In this document: piece after piece, positions 1-10,989 of the stretch
Layout of the letters: each line of letters opens with the position of its first letter
Position numbering within the stretch: position 1 is the first letter of the stretch
The notes under the pieces: generated by a model
Seen by the model: only the letters and a program-made list of their open reading frames with translations
The model's database searches: none
Told to the model about the DNA's origin: nothing
Assembly: GCA_016748015.1 (NCBI GenBank)
Contig: JAAOMT010000518.1
Location: 1-64,000, forward strand
Direction of reading: 5' to 3'
Origin: Geosiphon pyriformis uo1
Taxonomy: Eukaryota; Fungi; Glomeromycota
DNA length: 64,000 nucleotides
Program-made: the position numbers and the translations under genes

Positions 1-582
1 TCTGGTGTCTACTAGACTTCATGGGACCTCCACCATCACGATTTAGTAACTTTTGTGGCTAACGAAGGGTGCCCATGGTCTGCTGTCTACCGGACTTCAT
101 GGGTATTCCTCGGCTGTCTGTCCGAGCCCAAGTGATGGCGCCCATTGTCTGGTGTCTACTAGACTTCATGGGACCTCCACCATCACGATTTAGTAACTTT
201 TGTGGCTAACGAAGGGTGCCCATGGTCTGCTGTCTACCGGACTTCATGGGTATTCCTCGGCTGTCTGTCCGAGCCCAAGTGATGGCGCTCATTGTCTGGT
301 GTCTACTAGACTTCATGGGACCTCCACCATCACGATTTAGTAACTTTTGTGGCTAATGAAGGGTGCCCATGGTCTGCTGTCTACCGGACTTCATGGGTAT
401 TCCTCGGCTGTCTGTCCGAGCCCAAGTGATGGCGCCCATTGTCTGGTGTCTACTAGACTTCATGGGACCTCCACCATCGCGATTTAGTAACTTTTGTGGC
501 TAACGAAGGGTGCCCATGGTCTGCTGTCTAACGGACTTCATGGGTATTTCTCGGCTGTCTATCCGAGCACCACCATCGTGAT
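1..582 (+). repeat. 147-bp tandem repeat array (about 3.9 units)
   Basis: Unit start TCTGGTGTCTACTAGAC recurs at 1, 148, 295 and 442 (period 147). Units are near-identical; the last is partial with an internal deletion. Stops occur in all six frames of the unit. Confidence 0.97.
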
Positions 583-652
583 TTACATTTCTTTACTTGA
601 ATTACAAAATGTCAAAATTTTGATTCATTCATTAAATTTTTTTTGATATGAG

Positions 653-724
653 GTGAAGGCACAAAGTAACGCGATTGATGACAAGCAACTATTCTGGGAA
701 AATATCATTCTTCATCGAGAAATG
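653..724 (+). CDS. Probable exon 3 of the gene whose exons 1-2 lie at 2005-2306 (VKAQSNAIDDKQLFWENIILHREM)
   Basis: 72-nt phase-0 open exon between a T-rich tract ending AG (651-652) and GTAGGC (725). Its phase matches the end of exon 2, and it follows the 147-bp array in the same array orientation. The GAG acceptor is atypical. Confidence 0.55.
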
Positions 725-795
725 GTAGGCTATTTCTTGTATATCATAGATATTATCTTTACAAGTGAATAGCAAAGATCCTTGTTTTTAAAAAA

Positions 796-1613
796 NNNNN
801 NNNNNNNNNNNNNNNNNNNNNNNNNNNNNNNNNNNNNNNNNNNNNNNNNNNNNNNNNNNNNNNNNNNNNNNNNNNNNNNNNNNNNNNNNNNNNNNNNNNN
901 NNNNNNNNNNNNNNNNNNNNNNNNNNNNNNNNNNNNNNNNNNNNNNNNNNNNNNNNNNNNNNNNNNNNNNNNNNNNNNNNNNNNNNNNNNNNNNNNNNNN
1001 NNNNNNNNNNNNNNNNNNNNNNNNNNNNNNNNNNNNNNNNNNNNNNNNNNNNNNNNNNNNNNNNNNNNNNNNNNNNNNNNNNNNNNNNNNNNNNNNNNNN
1101 NNNNNNNNNNNNNNNNNNNNNNNNNNNNNNNNNNNNNNNNNNNNNNNNNNNNNNNNNNNNNNNNNNNNNNNNNNNNNNNNNNNNNNNNNNNNNNNNNNNN
1201 NNNNNNNNNNNNNNNNNNNNNNNNNNNNNNNNNNNNNNNNNNNNNNNNNNNNNNNNNNNNNNNNNNNNNNNNNNNNNNNNNNNNNNNNNNNNNNNNNNNN
1301 NNNNNNNNNNNNNNNNNNNNNNNNNNNNNNNNNNNNNNNNNNNNNNNNNNNNNNNNNNNNNNNNNNNNNNNNNNNNNNNNNNNNNNNNNNNNNNNNNNNN
1401 NNNNNNNNNNNNNNNNNNNNNNNNNNNNNNNNNNNNNNNNNNNNNNNNNNNNNNNNNNNNNNNNNNNNNNNNNNNNNNNNNNNNNNNNNNNNNNNNNNNN
1501 NNNNNNNNNNNNNNNNNNNNNNNNNNNNNNNNNNNNNNNNNNNNNNNNNNNNNNNNNNNNNNNNNNNNNNNNNNNNNNNNNNNNNNNNNNNNNNNNNNNN
1601 NNNNNNNNNNNNN
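796..1613. other. Assembly gap (818 N)
   Basis: Run of N. Confidence 1.
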
Positions 1614-1998
1614 CACTTGGGCTCGGACAGACAGCCGAGGAATACCCATGAAGTCCGGTAGACAGCAGACCATGGGCACCCTTCGTTAGCCACAAAAGTT
1701 ACTAAATCGTGATGGTGGAGGTCCCATGAAGTCTAGTAGACACCAGATAATGAGCGCCATCACTTGGGCTCGGACAGACAGCCGAGGAATACCCATGAAG
1801 TCCGGTAGACAGCAGACCATGGGCACCCTTCGTTAGCCACAAAAGTTACTAAATCGCGATGGTGGAGGTCCCATGAAGTCCAGTAGACACCAGAGAATGG
1901 GCGCCATCACTTGGGCTCGGACAGACAACGGAGGAATACCCATGAAGTCCGGTCGACAGCAGACCATGGGCACCCTTCGTTAGCACAAAAGTTACTAA
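1614..1998 (-). repeat. 147-bp tandem array, inverted relative to 1-582 (about 2.6 units)
   Basis: Reverse complement of the same unit. It begins about 6 nt after the GTATAG donor of exon 2 on the minus strand. Confidence 0.97.
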
Positions 1999-2004
1999 CT
2001 ATAC

Positions 2005-2306
2005 CTTGTTTTCATAACAGTCTGGGCTAATCTTTTGTGCTACTCGGTTAAAGCGACGGAACCAAGTACTGTCAAGTAGCGTCCAGTCATCGTAAAATGG
2101 CGGCGATTCAACTATGATTTCACGATGGAGCTTCAGGAACTCGGTATAAGACCAGTCTGTATGCTCCTTCAGATAAGTGACAAGAGCTAAACGATCATTG
2201 AGAGTTAGAAGAAATAAAATAAAAATATTTTCCAAACTGCTATCACATAAGACTTACTAGTATAACCAAAATAATAAGATCCTTCTTTGTCGCTCATAAT
2301 TGACAT
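2005..2306 (-). CDS. Exons 1-2 of a Glomeromycotina lineage-expanded hypothetical protein: join(2306..2258, 2186..2005)
   Basis: ATG at 2306, GTAAGT donor at 2257, 71-nt intron with CTAAC branch site and TTTAG acceptor. The in-frame join gives MSIMSDKEGSYYFGYTTLVTYLKEHTDWSYTEFLKLHREIIVESPPFYDDWTLLDSTWFRRF...ENK, followed by a GTATAG donor at 2004. Confidence 0.7.
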
Positions 2307-2658
2307 AGAAAAAAAAACAGTTGCTGGCACAACAAAAAAGCAAAACCAAAACAAGACACGTATATATATTTTTTTTGTAAGACTGCTGATCAAAAATATT
2401 TTCACGATTTGTATGACGTCAGGTGGCGGTGAAAATATTTTGTGGTGCATTTTTGATCAAAAGAAAATTTATATGAGTGTCTTCTTCTTTTCCTATATCG
2501 GTTAACTTTAGTTATACTGGTAAGTCTTTTGGAAAATTATTTTATTTTATTTCTTCTAACTCTCACTTATCTGAAGGAGCATACAGACCGAGTTCCTGAG
2601 GCTCCATCATGATATCATCATTGATTCGCCGCCATTTTCCGATGACTGGACATTACTT
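2074..2658. repeat. Imperfect about 585-bp fold-back; the right arm is a deletion-riddled inverted pseudogene copy of exons 1-2
   Basis: GTCCAGTCATCGTAAAATGGCGGCGATTCAA (from 2081) is the reverse complement of TTGATTCGCCGCCATTTTCCGATGACTGGAC (2621-2651). Collinear matches continue inward to a centre near TGACGTCA at 2414-2421. Confidence 0.9.
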
Positions 2659-2661
2659 AAG

Positions 2662-3461
2662 AGATAACAAAACTCCTTCAAATCTCAATAAAGCTTGACG
2701 CAGCTATGCTGGAACATCTCGACCTCGTCTCAAAGTAAGAAGAACTATGGAAATGTATTAGTAAAGAACTAGAGAGTGTAAGTAAAATTGAAATAATTTC
2801 CTTAGAAACCATACTGGTTAAACAGAAATTTTGCCTGATTATTCGGTTTTCGTCATTTTTGATGTTCCTCGGTAATATTTTACACTTAGTTACTCCTTGC
2901 AAAAGGTTTCAGGTCGATAGCTCATGCAAAATACATTATGAGACCAAGTGCCCTATCGCAATGTCAATATGACGGAAGAATGCAGGCAACTGGTAGAGTG
3001 TATGTATGTTATGATTATGCTATTTTCAGTTTGATTTTTCATAAAATTTTTATTGATTTGATTTACATATTTTAGCTTGGTTTCATTTCCTGTGAACCAA
3101 AGTTCCATTGACGATACCCATCTCTCTGATTTTTCAAGTAGTAGCAATGATAAAAATTATGATAATTATACTCTGTCATTAGTCAATGGGACTTTTAAAC
3201 AATTAGAAAGAGATCCACTTGTCTCCGATATTGTTAACTTGGAAACGATTCAATCTAATCGTTTACGTCAACGCGTGAATGGTAATAAAAACTCACTAGG
3301 TGTTATGGAAACCCCCCAGCAAGACCACTCAGATAATAACGACATGTCTTTACAAGAGAAACACGAATCCGTGAAAAAATTCCTTTTAAAAGATCCATTG
3401 ATTTGGTTTGGCTTATTGGTACCAAAGTCATTACGCAAGGCACAGATGCGTTTCAACCAAG
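2662..3461 (+). pseudogene. VMA22: V-ATPase assembly factor Vma22/CCDC115 homologue, probably disrupted
   Basis: Motifs FRSIAHAKYIM...QYDGRMQA (about 2907-2999) and DPLIWFGLLVPKSLRKAQ (about 3390-3445) are diagnostic; GT-AG introns are present. The first exon has an in-frame TAA (SK*EEL) and no in-frame start ATG before the fold-back junction. Confidence 0.75.
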
Positions 3462-3599
3462 GTTTGTTTGACCAAAAATAATACATCTAGACCTTACTCT
3501 TTTTAACTTAACTTTTTTAAATTCAGATGTTCATTATAAAATTATATTGATCTTCAAATATTATTCTTAGATATTCATTTGTGCATTTGAAAACAATAA

Positions 3600-3917
3600 C
3601 TGACTTAACAGCGTTGCATTCATAGATATTCAAATTTATGTTATTACAGTAACATCAATAAAGAACTTTATTTTATTGAAAGACTAATGAATTTTAAATC
3701 TGACTATTTCAGTAATACATCTATTAGTGAGGCATTTACATGAATTAAGACTCAGATGCAGTAGCTTCGGGCAAAATTTTGCAATTTCTATAATTGGTAT
3801 ATTACTAAAACCGGGCATGAACACAGAATTGCACTGATCAATGCATCTGAGATTTTTAAACCTTCTAATCGGAGATATACTATTATGGAGCAATAGAGTG
3901 GCTTTATCAACCGCCAA
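3600..3917 (-). pseudogene. F-box/RNI-type leucine-rich repeat fragment
   Basis: IIEIAKFCPKLLHLSLNSCKCLTNRCITEIVR fits the cysteine-containing LRR consensus; the frame is short and interrupted. Confidence 0.7.
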
Positions 3918-6019
3918 GTAAGAACTTGAGACATCTTTCGGTTACGTCGGTTCTGATGATCTTCTGTGGAAAACTCAATACGTCGCCATAGAATTGGAGC
4001 AAAAGAGTGGTACCAAAGTCTATTAACGAAGAGAGTTGGGTAAAGCGATTTATCTTTTGCTAAAAAAATGTAAGATCCGTTCTAATAGCTCGGGTATATT
4101 AAAAATGTTAAGTCGTGACATTGCAAAATAGTGTATACTGGAAATAACTAATGTTTATATAATTAATGTTTGGGAACAAATACCGTGGATATTATACACC
4201 AATTCAGTCATTGAATTTAAAGCATACAGTTAGTCTTCAATGTTTTTTCATTACCTCTATCATTTCTTCGAGCGCTTTTTACTTTGTTTTTATCACGTTG
4301 GTAAATCTATTTATTGTCACATTGGATACGTAACAAACCTACGTGCACTGCTTGGGACTATTGCTTTGTTACAGACGTCATCTTTTGAGGACAAGGTCTC
4401 GAAAATCTCTATCGTCTGTGCTCTCTCTGATGCTGATCAATTATGATTATAATATAAGAAATCTAGACTTTGGTCCCGAATAAGTGATAGAAAACTCGAT
4501 AAAAGAACCAGCACTTAGCAGGGACAACAACAAACCCTCCCCGCGGTATAGCATATCGTAATTGATCTCATTGTGTTCATGGCGACTATTTTGGAATGAT
4601 CTGTTCTTCGAATGTGGCGATGAAAAAATGACGATTATTCTATCTGAACATTGGAATAAAAGTCCCTCGCGGTAGTAGTTGTGTTTATCCAAGGAAACAT
4701 TCATTCGTAGCGGGTTAAAAAATCACGCGCGCGTTTTCAATATATCTTATAATAAAAACGATGCAGATTTATACACATCTGAAAATAATTGTACATTAAA
4801 ATATGTCATTATATGTAAATTCGAAATAAAACACAACAAACTTTCGCAATTAATTGGTCTGCACTTATCCAAGCCGTTTGAACGTATTAAGTGTATTGAG
4901 ATATAGCGATTAATGGAAATTATATTTCTCAAGAGGAAATGCCTATATCAGACCTTTATTACTTAAGTAACAATCTTACTTGTGGTGAGTCTTGAAATTT
5001 ACGCATAAAAGACTTTTGTTCGGTTGGTGTAGTATTGCCACTATGACATGTTCTATATTTAAAATCCTTTGCGATCCGTTCGACGTGCTTCTGTCATTGT
5101 AAAGGTCAAATGAAATTAAGTGAAATTTCTCATTATAAACACGGAAAATGTGACATATACCTCTAAAGATACCAAATGATGGATCGCAACTCCTACAAGT
5201 GGAATCATAGTTTTGTCAACTACCAGCCTGGTAATGAAGAATGGCCAGGAATGGTATAAACCACCATACTTAAGATCCATAGAGTAAGATTCCATTAAAT
5301 CGCCTAATTGTCACAGAAAACAAATCAATATATATGTATATATAATTCCCATGCAATCTCTCACCTACCTGTGTTTAAGAATATTACTCTTTTTTCTGTT
5401 GATCCTAACAAACATTAAAAAAATTTTATTAGTTTGATCTTAATGAACAAAATATTTTCTGCGAACTAATAGCAGCAAGTGCTATATCAAGCCACAGCAA
5501 GCTAAAAGCCCGTCAGAAGAACAGCTAAAAGCCATAATTCCTAGCCATGGATGCCTAACAGACATTTAGAGTTTCTACTCACTGATAAAAACCAGAGACT
5601 ACAACGAGCTAAAAGCCCAGCAGAGGAATAGCTAAACGCCACGCCTCCTTGTTATAGATGAAACATTGAATTATGCCCGTATACAGCCAATATTTGTTTC
5701 ATATAGAAACTCTTATTATGACATAGCATTCAAAAAAAATTATACTAAACGTAAACTTGCTTTAATAACAGCCAAAAGGCTCTTTGCTTTCGTAACTTTT
5801 TAATCGTCTGAGCATCTATTTACAATCGCACGGAGACTTTTGGCGAGTGCGTCTGAAGATTTATCGCAAGCTAGGTTTACCGGATTCCCCAAATGCACAT
5901 ACTATAGAGACGTCTTGGATAAATCTACCATATAAAAAGAGCAAAGTTAAGAATCTCTTATTGTAAAGTGATACGTAGCAGGTAGAAAAACGGGACTTAT
6001 AGCTAAAGTTCTTCCTTCT

Positions 6020-6270
6020 CCAAACTGCCATCCCATAAGACTTACCAGTATAACCAAAATAATAGGATCCCTCTTTATTGCTCATAGTTGACATAGGAAA
6101 AAAACAGTTGCTAGCACAGCAAAACGAGCAAGGCCAAAACAAAGACACACGTATAAATTTTTGTAAGACTGCTGATCAAAAATATTTTCACTGCCATCTG
6201 ACGTCATGATGACGATTTGATCAGTAGTCTTACAAAAGAAAATTTATTTGCGCCAGCAACTGTCGGTTAA
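6020..6270 (-). pseudogene. Paralogous copy of the promoter and exon 1 (6094..6046) of the 2005-2306 gene, again with a palindromic upstream region
   Basis: MSTMSNKEGSYYFGYT followed by GTAAGT, the same 49-nt exon. TGACGTCA at 6199-6206. TTGTAAGACTGCTGATCAAA pairs with TTTGATCAGTAGTCTTACAA. Confidence 0.85.
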
Positions 6271-6659
6271 CTTTTTATTCCACGTTTTTTTCACCGTTAG
6301 AGTTACCGTATATTCCGGGTTCTCGTAAGGAGGAATTAAGCAAGCAATGGACGCGTCAAGTAGTAAGTGAAACGGATCGACCTCCTCGAAGCGGAACATA
6401 CGGTGAAGTTACAACGACATGCCAAGAAGGCGAAGGTCGAGATTTTCTACGATCCAGTTAAAGTAAGTTAAATTATATAGTTAGTATTTTTTAGCGGGTT
6501 CGAGATATATTGTATATATCATTCGACAGTTGAACTTGAAGTATAGGGGCAATCATTCGCCTTTCGAGGCAAAGTCTAGGGGCTGATTGAACCCTCCCTT
6601 GCAAAGTTTACTTTATATATTTTACCTTCAAGAATGGGTTACCAAATTATTATTGTCCT

Positions 6660-6975
6660 TTAGTGAATGATGAACTTTTTTGAGTATGACAAGGGTGTAA
6701 ACTAAAAAAGGATCAGTTTGGTGTTGTAGGAATTCAGGCAGCAGGTAAAGTCTTAATACTGTAAAATTATTTCAGAACTTTTTATTGTTTGCCAATTTAA
6801 TAACAAGATATGATATTATTAGGACCAAGATCCAGTTAAATGTACTCATTAAGGACAATTTCAATATACACTGATATTATCATCTGAAAAAAACCCAAAT
6901 TCCAATACAGTAATTTAAACAAGCTTTATCGACCTTAACTGAATTTGTTGAGTTATTGTTGAATTTATGGGTATT
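6660..6975 (+). pseudogene. C-terminal exon remnants of a Glomeromycotina-expanded putative restriction-endonuclease-like protein family
   Basis: Translates QFGVVGIQAAG / TKIQLNVLIKDNFNIH*YYHLKKTQIPIQ*, a motif I recognise from this family. The nuclease assignment is an inference. Confidence 0.5.
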
Positions 6976-7054
6976 TATTCTAGTACATCAAATTTCATTT
7001 ATGTATACAACAAAAGTAATTTTATTTTATATAGAATATCTTCGTTACTAATTT

Positions 7055-8600
7055 ATTTTTGCTACCTGAATTCCTATAATACCAAACTGATCCTTTTCCA
7101 GTTTACATCTTTGTTGTACCCAAAAAAGTCCATTATTTAATTCTCTTTACAATTTAATTTCATCTTCCCTTTTTTTGGTATTACTACATAATAAACATGA
7201 GCATTTACCAAATACCAGCTTAAATATTTTGCTTTTCTGTTTTTGTAAGTACATTAAATTTGGTTATTTTCCAAAATATTTTTTTTTTTCCTATCTGCAT
7301 TGGCAATATTTTGTTATATCTTATTATAGTAATTTTTTAAAAATGTGAATTTGGTGGTGATGAATATATTATTACTTATAATAAAATGATTTATGTGTTG
7401 ATAAATGCAAATTGCCTATATGGAAGTTTTTTTAATGATGTTTGAATCAAAAAAATTATTATGTCTATTACATATGTTTTTTTATTTTGTGTTTTCATAA
7501 GTTCTGGTCCAAATGCTGAATTCATTCAAACATCATTTCTGATAATTAATAATATAAAATTATTGATTTAAAAATCCTATAACTTTACTTATTTTAAAAA
7601 CTATTTACAATACATCAAAAATATTATCTATAACTCTTATAAAGGTTTTGTTTAACTTTTTTTATTTTTTATTATGCACAAGTTTTACACATAAATCTTC
7701 AATATATTTTTCTAAAAACTCTAATACAAACTTATAATATTTATCTTGAATCGAGTTTAAGAGTATGATAACCATATTATGTACTGATTTCTGTTGAAAA
7801 ATCAATTTAATTAAAATTTTAATTACAATAAAGAAAAACAAAATAATTCTTATCATAAACTTTTAATGCTGTTTAAGTAACAATTTTTCTATAATAATAA
7901 AATCATTACTTATAACTTGACTAGTTAAAAAATTTTTGCAAGTTAAATTTGTAATAGAAATATTTTTTATGTTTTTATAGAGTTTTACAGAAAAAGAAAA
8001 AAAATCACTCAAAAGTTTCTTTTGTAAATATCTTATATTTTCTTTATTGTATTATTATCAAGACTACAGATAGTTTTATAGACACATTCAATGCAAAATA
8101 ATATTTTGTTAGTATAACTTAATAATGTATATATTATTTTTTTTTATTTGTGTATACAATCAGAAATATCATAAAGTTGTTATTTTTGTTTGGCTATTAT
8201 AAAAATTTTAACTTATTTAAATATTACTTCATGAAATTAAAACATCTTTTACTATGTTTGAAAGTTATAATTTGTACTTATAAACTTGAGTATTTATTTT
8301 AACTTTGTCAAATAATATTTGTGTTGTCATTATGATGTATAAAAAATATCTAAAAAAAAGAATAACTAATTTTTAAAAGAATATTAAAAATCTTTTTAAA
8401 GCATTCAAAATTTTCACCAGCAATGTTTTTTATAGACCAAATTGTATTAATTATTAGTTTTAAGAGTTCATTTTTTAATATTATTTGATTGTCTTCTGTG
8501 TTTATATAAATTACTAACTCTGCTATAATATGTTTTATTGGTTTATTTTTCATAAAGTCAAAAATTTTGTTAAATATAAGAGTTGACATATTTTCAATTG
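7055..8600 (-). pseudogene. Second, AT-eroded copy of the same family in opposite (tail-to-tail) orientation
   Basis: 7056-7140 is a reverse-complement match of 6662-6750 (GGATCAGTTTGGT.TT.TAGGAATTCAGG). The upstream extent is approximate. Confidence 0.5.
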
Positions 8601-8739
8601 TAAAAATTTTTGAGTAGAAAGTAATAAATAAACATAATATAAATATACTGTTATTTTAAAATATTTTTTTCTGCTTTATCCAAATATAAAAATAGTAGAT
8701 TTGAGAAAAAAAAACTTCACAAAAAAAAATACATGGGCC

Positions 8740-10238
8740 ACAAGCTAAAACAATTAACAAAATCTACTAGTTAGTTTATAATTAACAAGTTCAAATTAGT
8801 ATTATTCACAATATTAATAGTACATAAAATCTAATCAAGAACTTTATTTACTTAAAAAAACATATATAAAAATAAATTTGCATAAAAAGAAAAAATCAAA
8901 GATTTTACAAATTACTAACTTATCTTCAATTCTGTAAAATAAATAAATTAGCATATATAATACATATAAAAAACTTGACTTTAATTAAGGCAAATCTTTT
9001 CAAATTAAAGATAAGTATTTTTTATTATATTATTATATACTGTATTTACTATGGTACTTATATTGTCTGAATTATTAAAAAAGATTTTTAATTTCTTAGC
9101 TAAAGACAAATTATTATATTCTGCTTTATTTATTTCCAGACCAGCTTTTACTATATAGAATAAATCTTACCAAATTTTTAGATTATTAAAAAAAATTACA
9201 ATTCTATTTAGAGAACATAAAAAACTGTATATCTGTTCAAGACCATTACTACTTAGCAAATTTTTAAATTAAATAAATAAATTTACAAAGAAAATAGCAT
9301 TTTAAATATTTATTTATTTAAAAGAATCAAAAAATTAAACATTATATTTAATAATCTTAACAGTTATCTTATTATATTAAATAATTATTTAAAAATTAAA
9401 ATTATATATTGTAATATTTTTCAAGAAAAACTATTTTTGAAAGTTTTTAGTTTTATTAAAATTATAAAATATTTACTTTCAAAATTTAATATTACTCTTA
9501 TTACCAAAAACTATTATACAGTTATTAAAAAATTATTTTGAATTAACATAAAAAAGTTTAAGCAACTTATTAAAGATAATAATGATTTAAAAAAAATTAA
9601 TTTAGTTTAATATTAAATTTATATTAATAATATAAAGTTAAAATAACAACAAGCTTATCAAATACCACTTTTCAATTACCAATTTATTAGAAAAAAAATT
9701 CAAAAAATGCTTAACAATAGGCTTATTTAATTATTAATAAATTTATAAACTTTATTTGTGGTCTTGATTAAAAAAATAAAATTTAATAATGTGTTAATTA
9801 TTATTAATTAAATAGTATTATAATTAAAAATATTTATTTTTTATTACAAATTAATAATATGTTAAATGTTCTTAAAAAATTAAAATATTTTTTGATATTA
9901 AATTTAGAAAATAAATATTAGTAAGTGGTAATAAATACTAAAGACTATTTAAAAACAATCTTTACAACACAAGATGAAAATTACAAATTCAATATAATGT
10001 TTTTTAAATTATATAATATATTAGCAATATTACAATAATTTATAAATGTTGTTTATGTTAAACTTGTATAATAATCAGTAATTGTTTATTTTAATAATAA
10101 TAATATTTATTTTCTAATATTTAAAACTTATTTAATTTATTTGTAAAAAGTTTTTTAATAATTATATAAACCAAAATTAAAATTGAACATTAAATAATTT
10201 CATTTTAGAAAAATAAATTTAATTTTTTTTGGTTATAT
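8740..10238 (+). mobile_element. Old, heavily AT-eroded Ty3/Gypsy pol (protease-RT), host of the nested element
   Basis: Eroded RT motifs (IRKKIQKMLNN; KTIFTTQDENYKFNIMFFKL; FFGYI) that resume after 17974 (KIKLDSKKISAIK). Confidence 0.75.
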
Positions 10239-10940
10239 TGTTATGATTGAAACTTATACTTCTTATTAATTATTACATGTATTAGCTACTAATATTATAT
10301 AATTAGCCACTCTATTTTTAGATAGTAATCATTAATTTAATCAATGACTTAACCATTGACTTAATTATTGATCTGATTATTAACCTAGTCATTGACTTAA
10401 TCATTGACTATTTTTGATAGTTATATAAGCAATGAATCTCTTAGCTATAGAAAAACATATAAGAATAAAAGAAAGAAAAGAAATAAAATAACAACTTTAT
10501 CTCAATTTTTTTCTTATTACTAATTTTCTTTTCCTTATTTTTAAGTATTTGAACATCTTAGAATAAAAAATTATTTGTTAACATTTACCTACCCTTTTTC
10601 TGAAATGTATAATTGCAGCATTTAAAAATTATCAAATAAAACATGACTAAAAAATACATCTAATACCTAATATTGAATTTTAAGAATATCAACATAAGGC
10701 ATAGAATTATACCAGTATGTAATTATTTGTTAACAGTATAGACTATTCCTCTATTTTTAGATTCTCTGGTTATCTTTTGAAAAGTATAATGACTGAGATA
10801 TTTTATGAGACTGATCTTGTATATTGAATCTATACTTATTCAATTTGCTTTTTGAAGTTAAATTTTTTTTGATTACTTTTATTACCTTACAATTTTGTTC
10901 TCCTTTACTATCCATTAGCTTGTTACTCCAACTTGTAACA
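10239..10940 (+). repeat. 5' LTR (702 bp, TG...CA)
   Basis: TGTTATGA...TGTAACA, collinear with 17262-17974. Contains a 12-bp microrepeat tract (ATTGACCTGATC-like) at about 10328-10410. Confidence 0.93.
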
Positions 10941-10946
10941 TAAAAG

Positions 10947-10963
10947 TGGTGCTTCCTGTGAGG
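10947..10963 (+). promoter_or_regulatory. Primer binding site TGGTGCTTCCTGTGAGG
   Basis: Starts with TGG 6 nt after the 5' LTR and is complementary to a tRNA 3' end (...CCUCACAGGAAGCACCA). It resembles elongator Met or Ile(UAU) ends; the identity is not confirmed. Confidence 0.75.
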
Positions 10964-10989
10964 TGTCAAAATTTACTTTGTTTTCTATT

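Noticed and set aside
1-147. Hammerhead or HDV ribozyme in the unit; unit length equal to the nucleosome core (147 bp)
   Set aside because: No CUGANGA/GAAA core or convincing HDV P1.1/P3 on either strand by eye. Tandem 147-bp units leave no linker, so the length match is probably coincidental.
1-582. CRISPR-like alternation of a 33-bp palindromic repeat with 34-43-bp spacers
   Set aside because: Only two spacers recur identically in every unit, there are no cas genes, and the context is eukaryotic.
730-1695. About 300-aa ORFs in the track (also 57748-58114 and 59102-59527)
   Set aside because: They are artefacts of reading through N gaps.
4240-6000. Short ORFs and exon-like, CpG-retaining fragments
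   Set aside because: Probably decayed genes, but I recognise no family.
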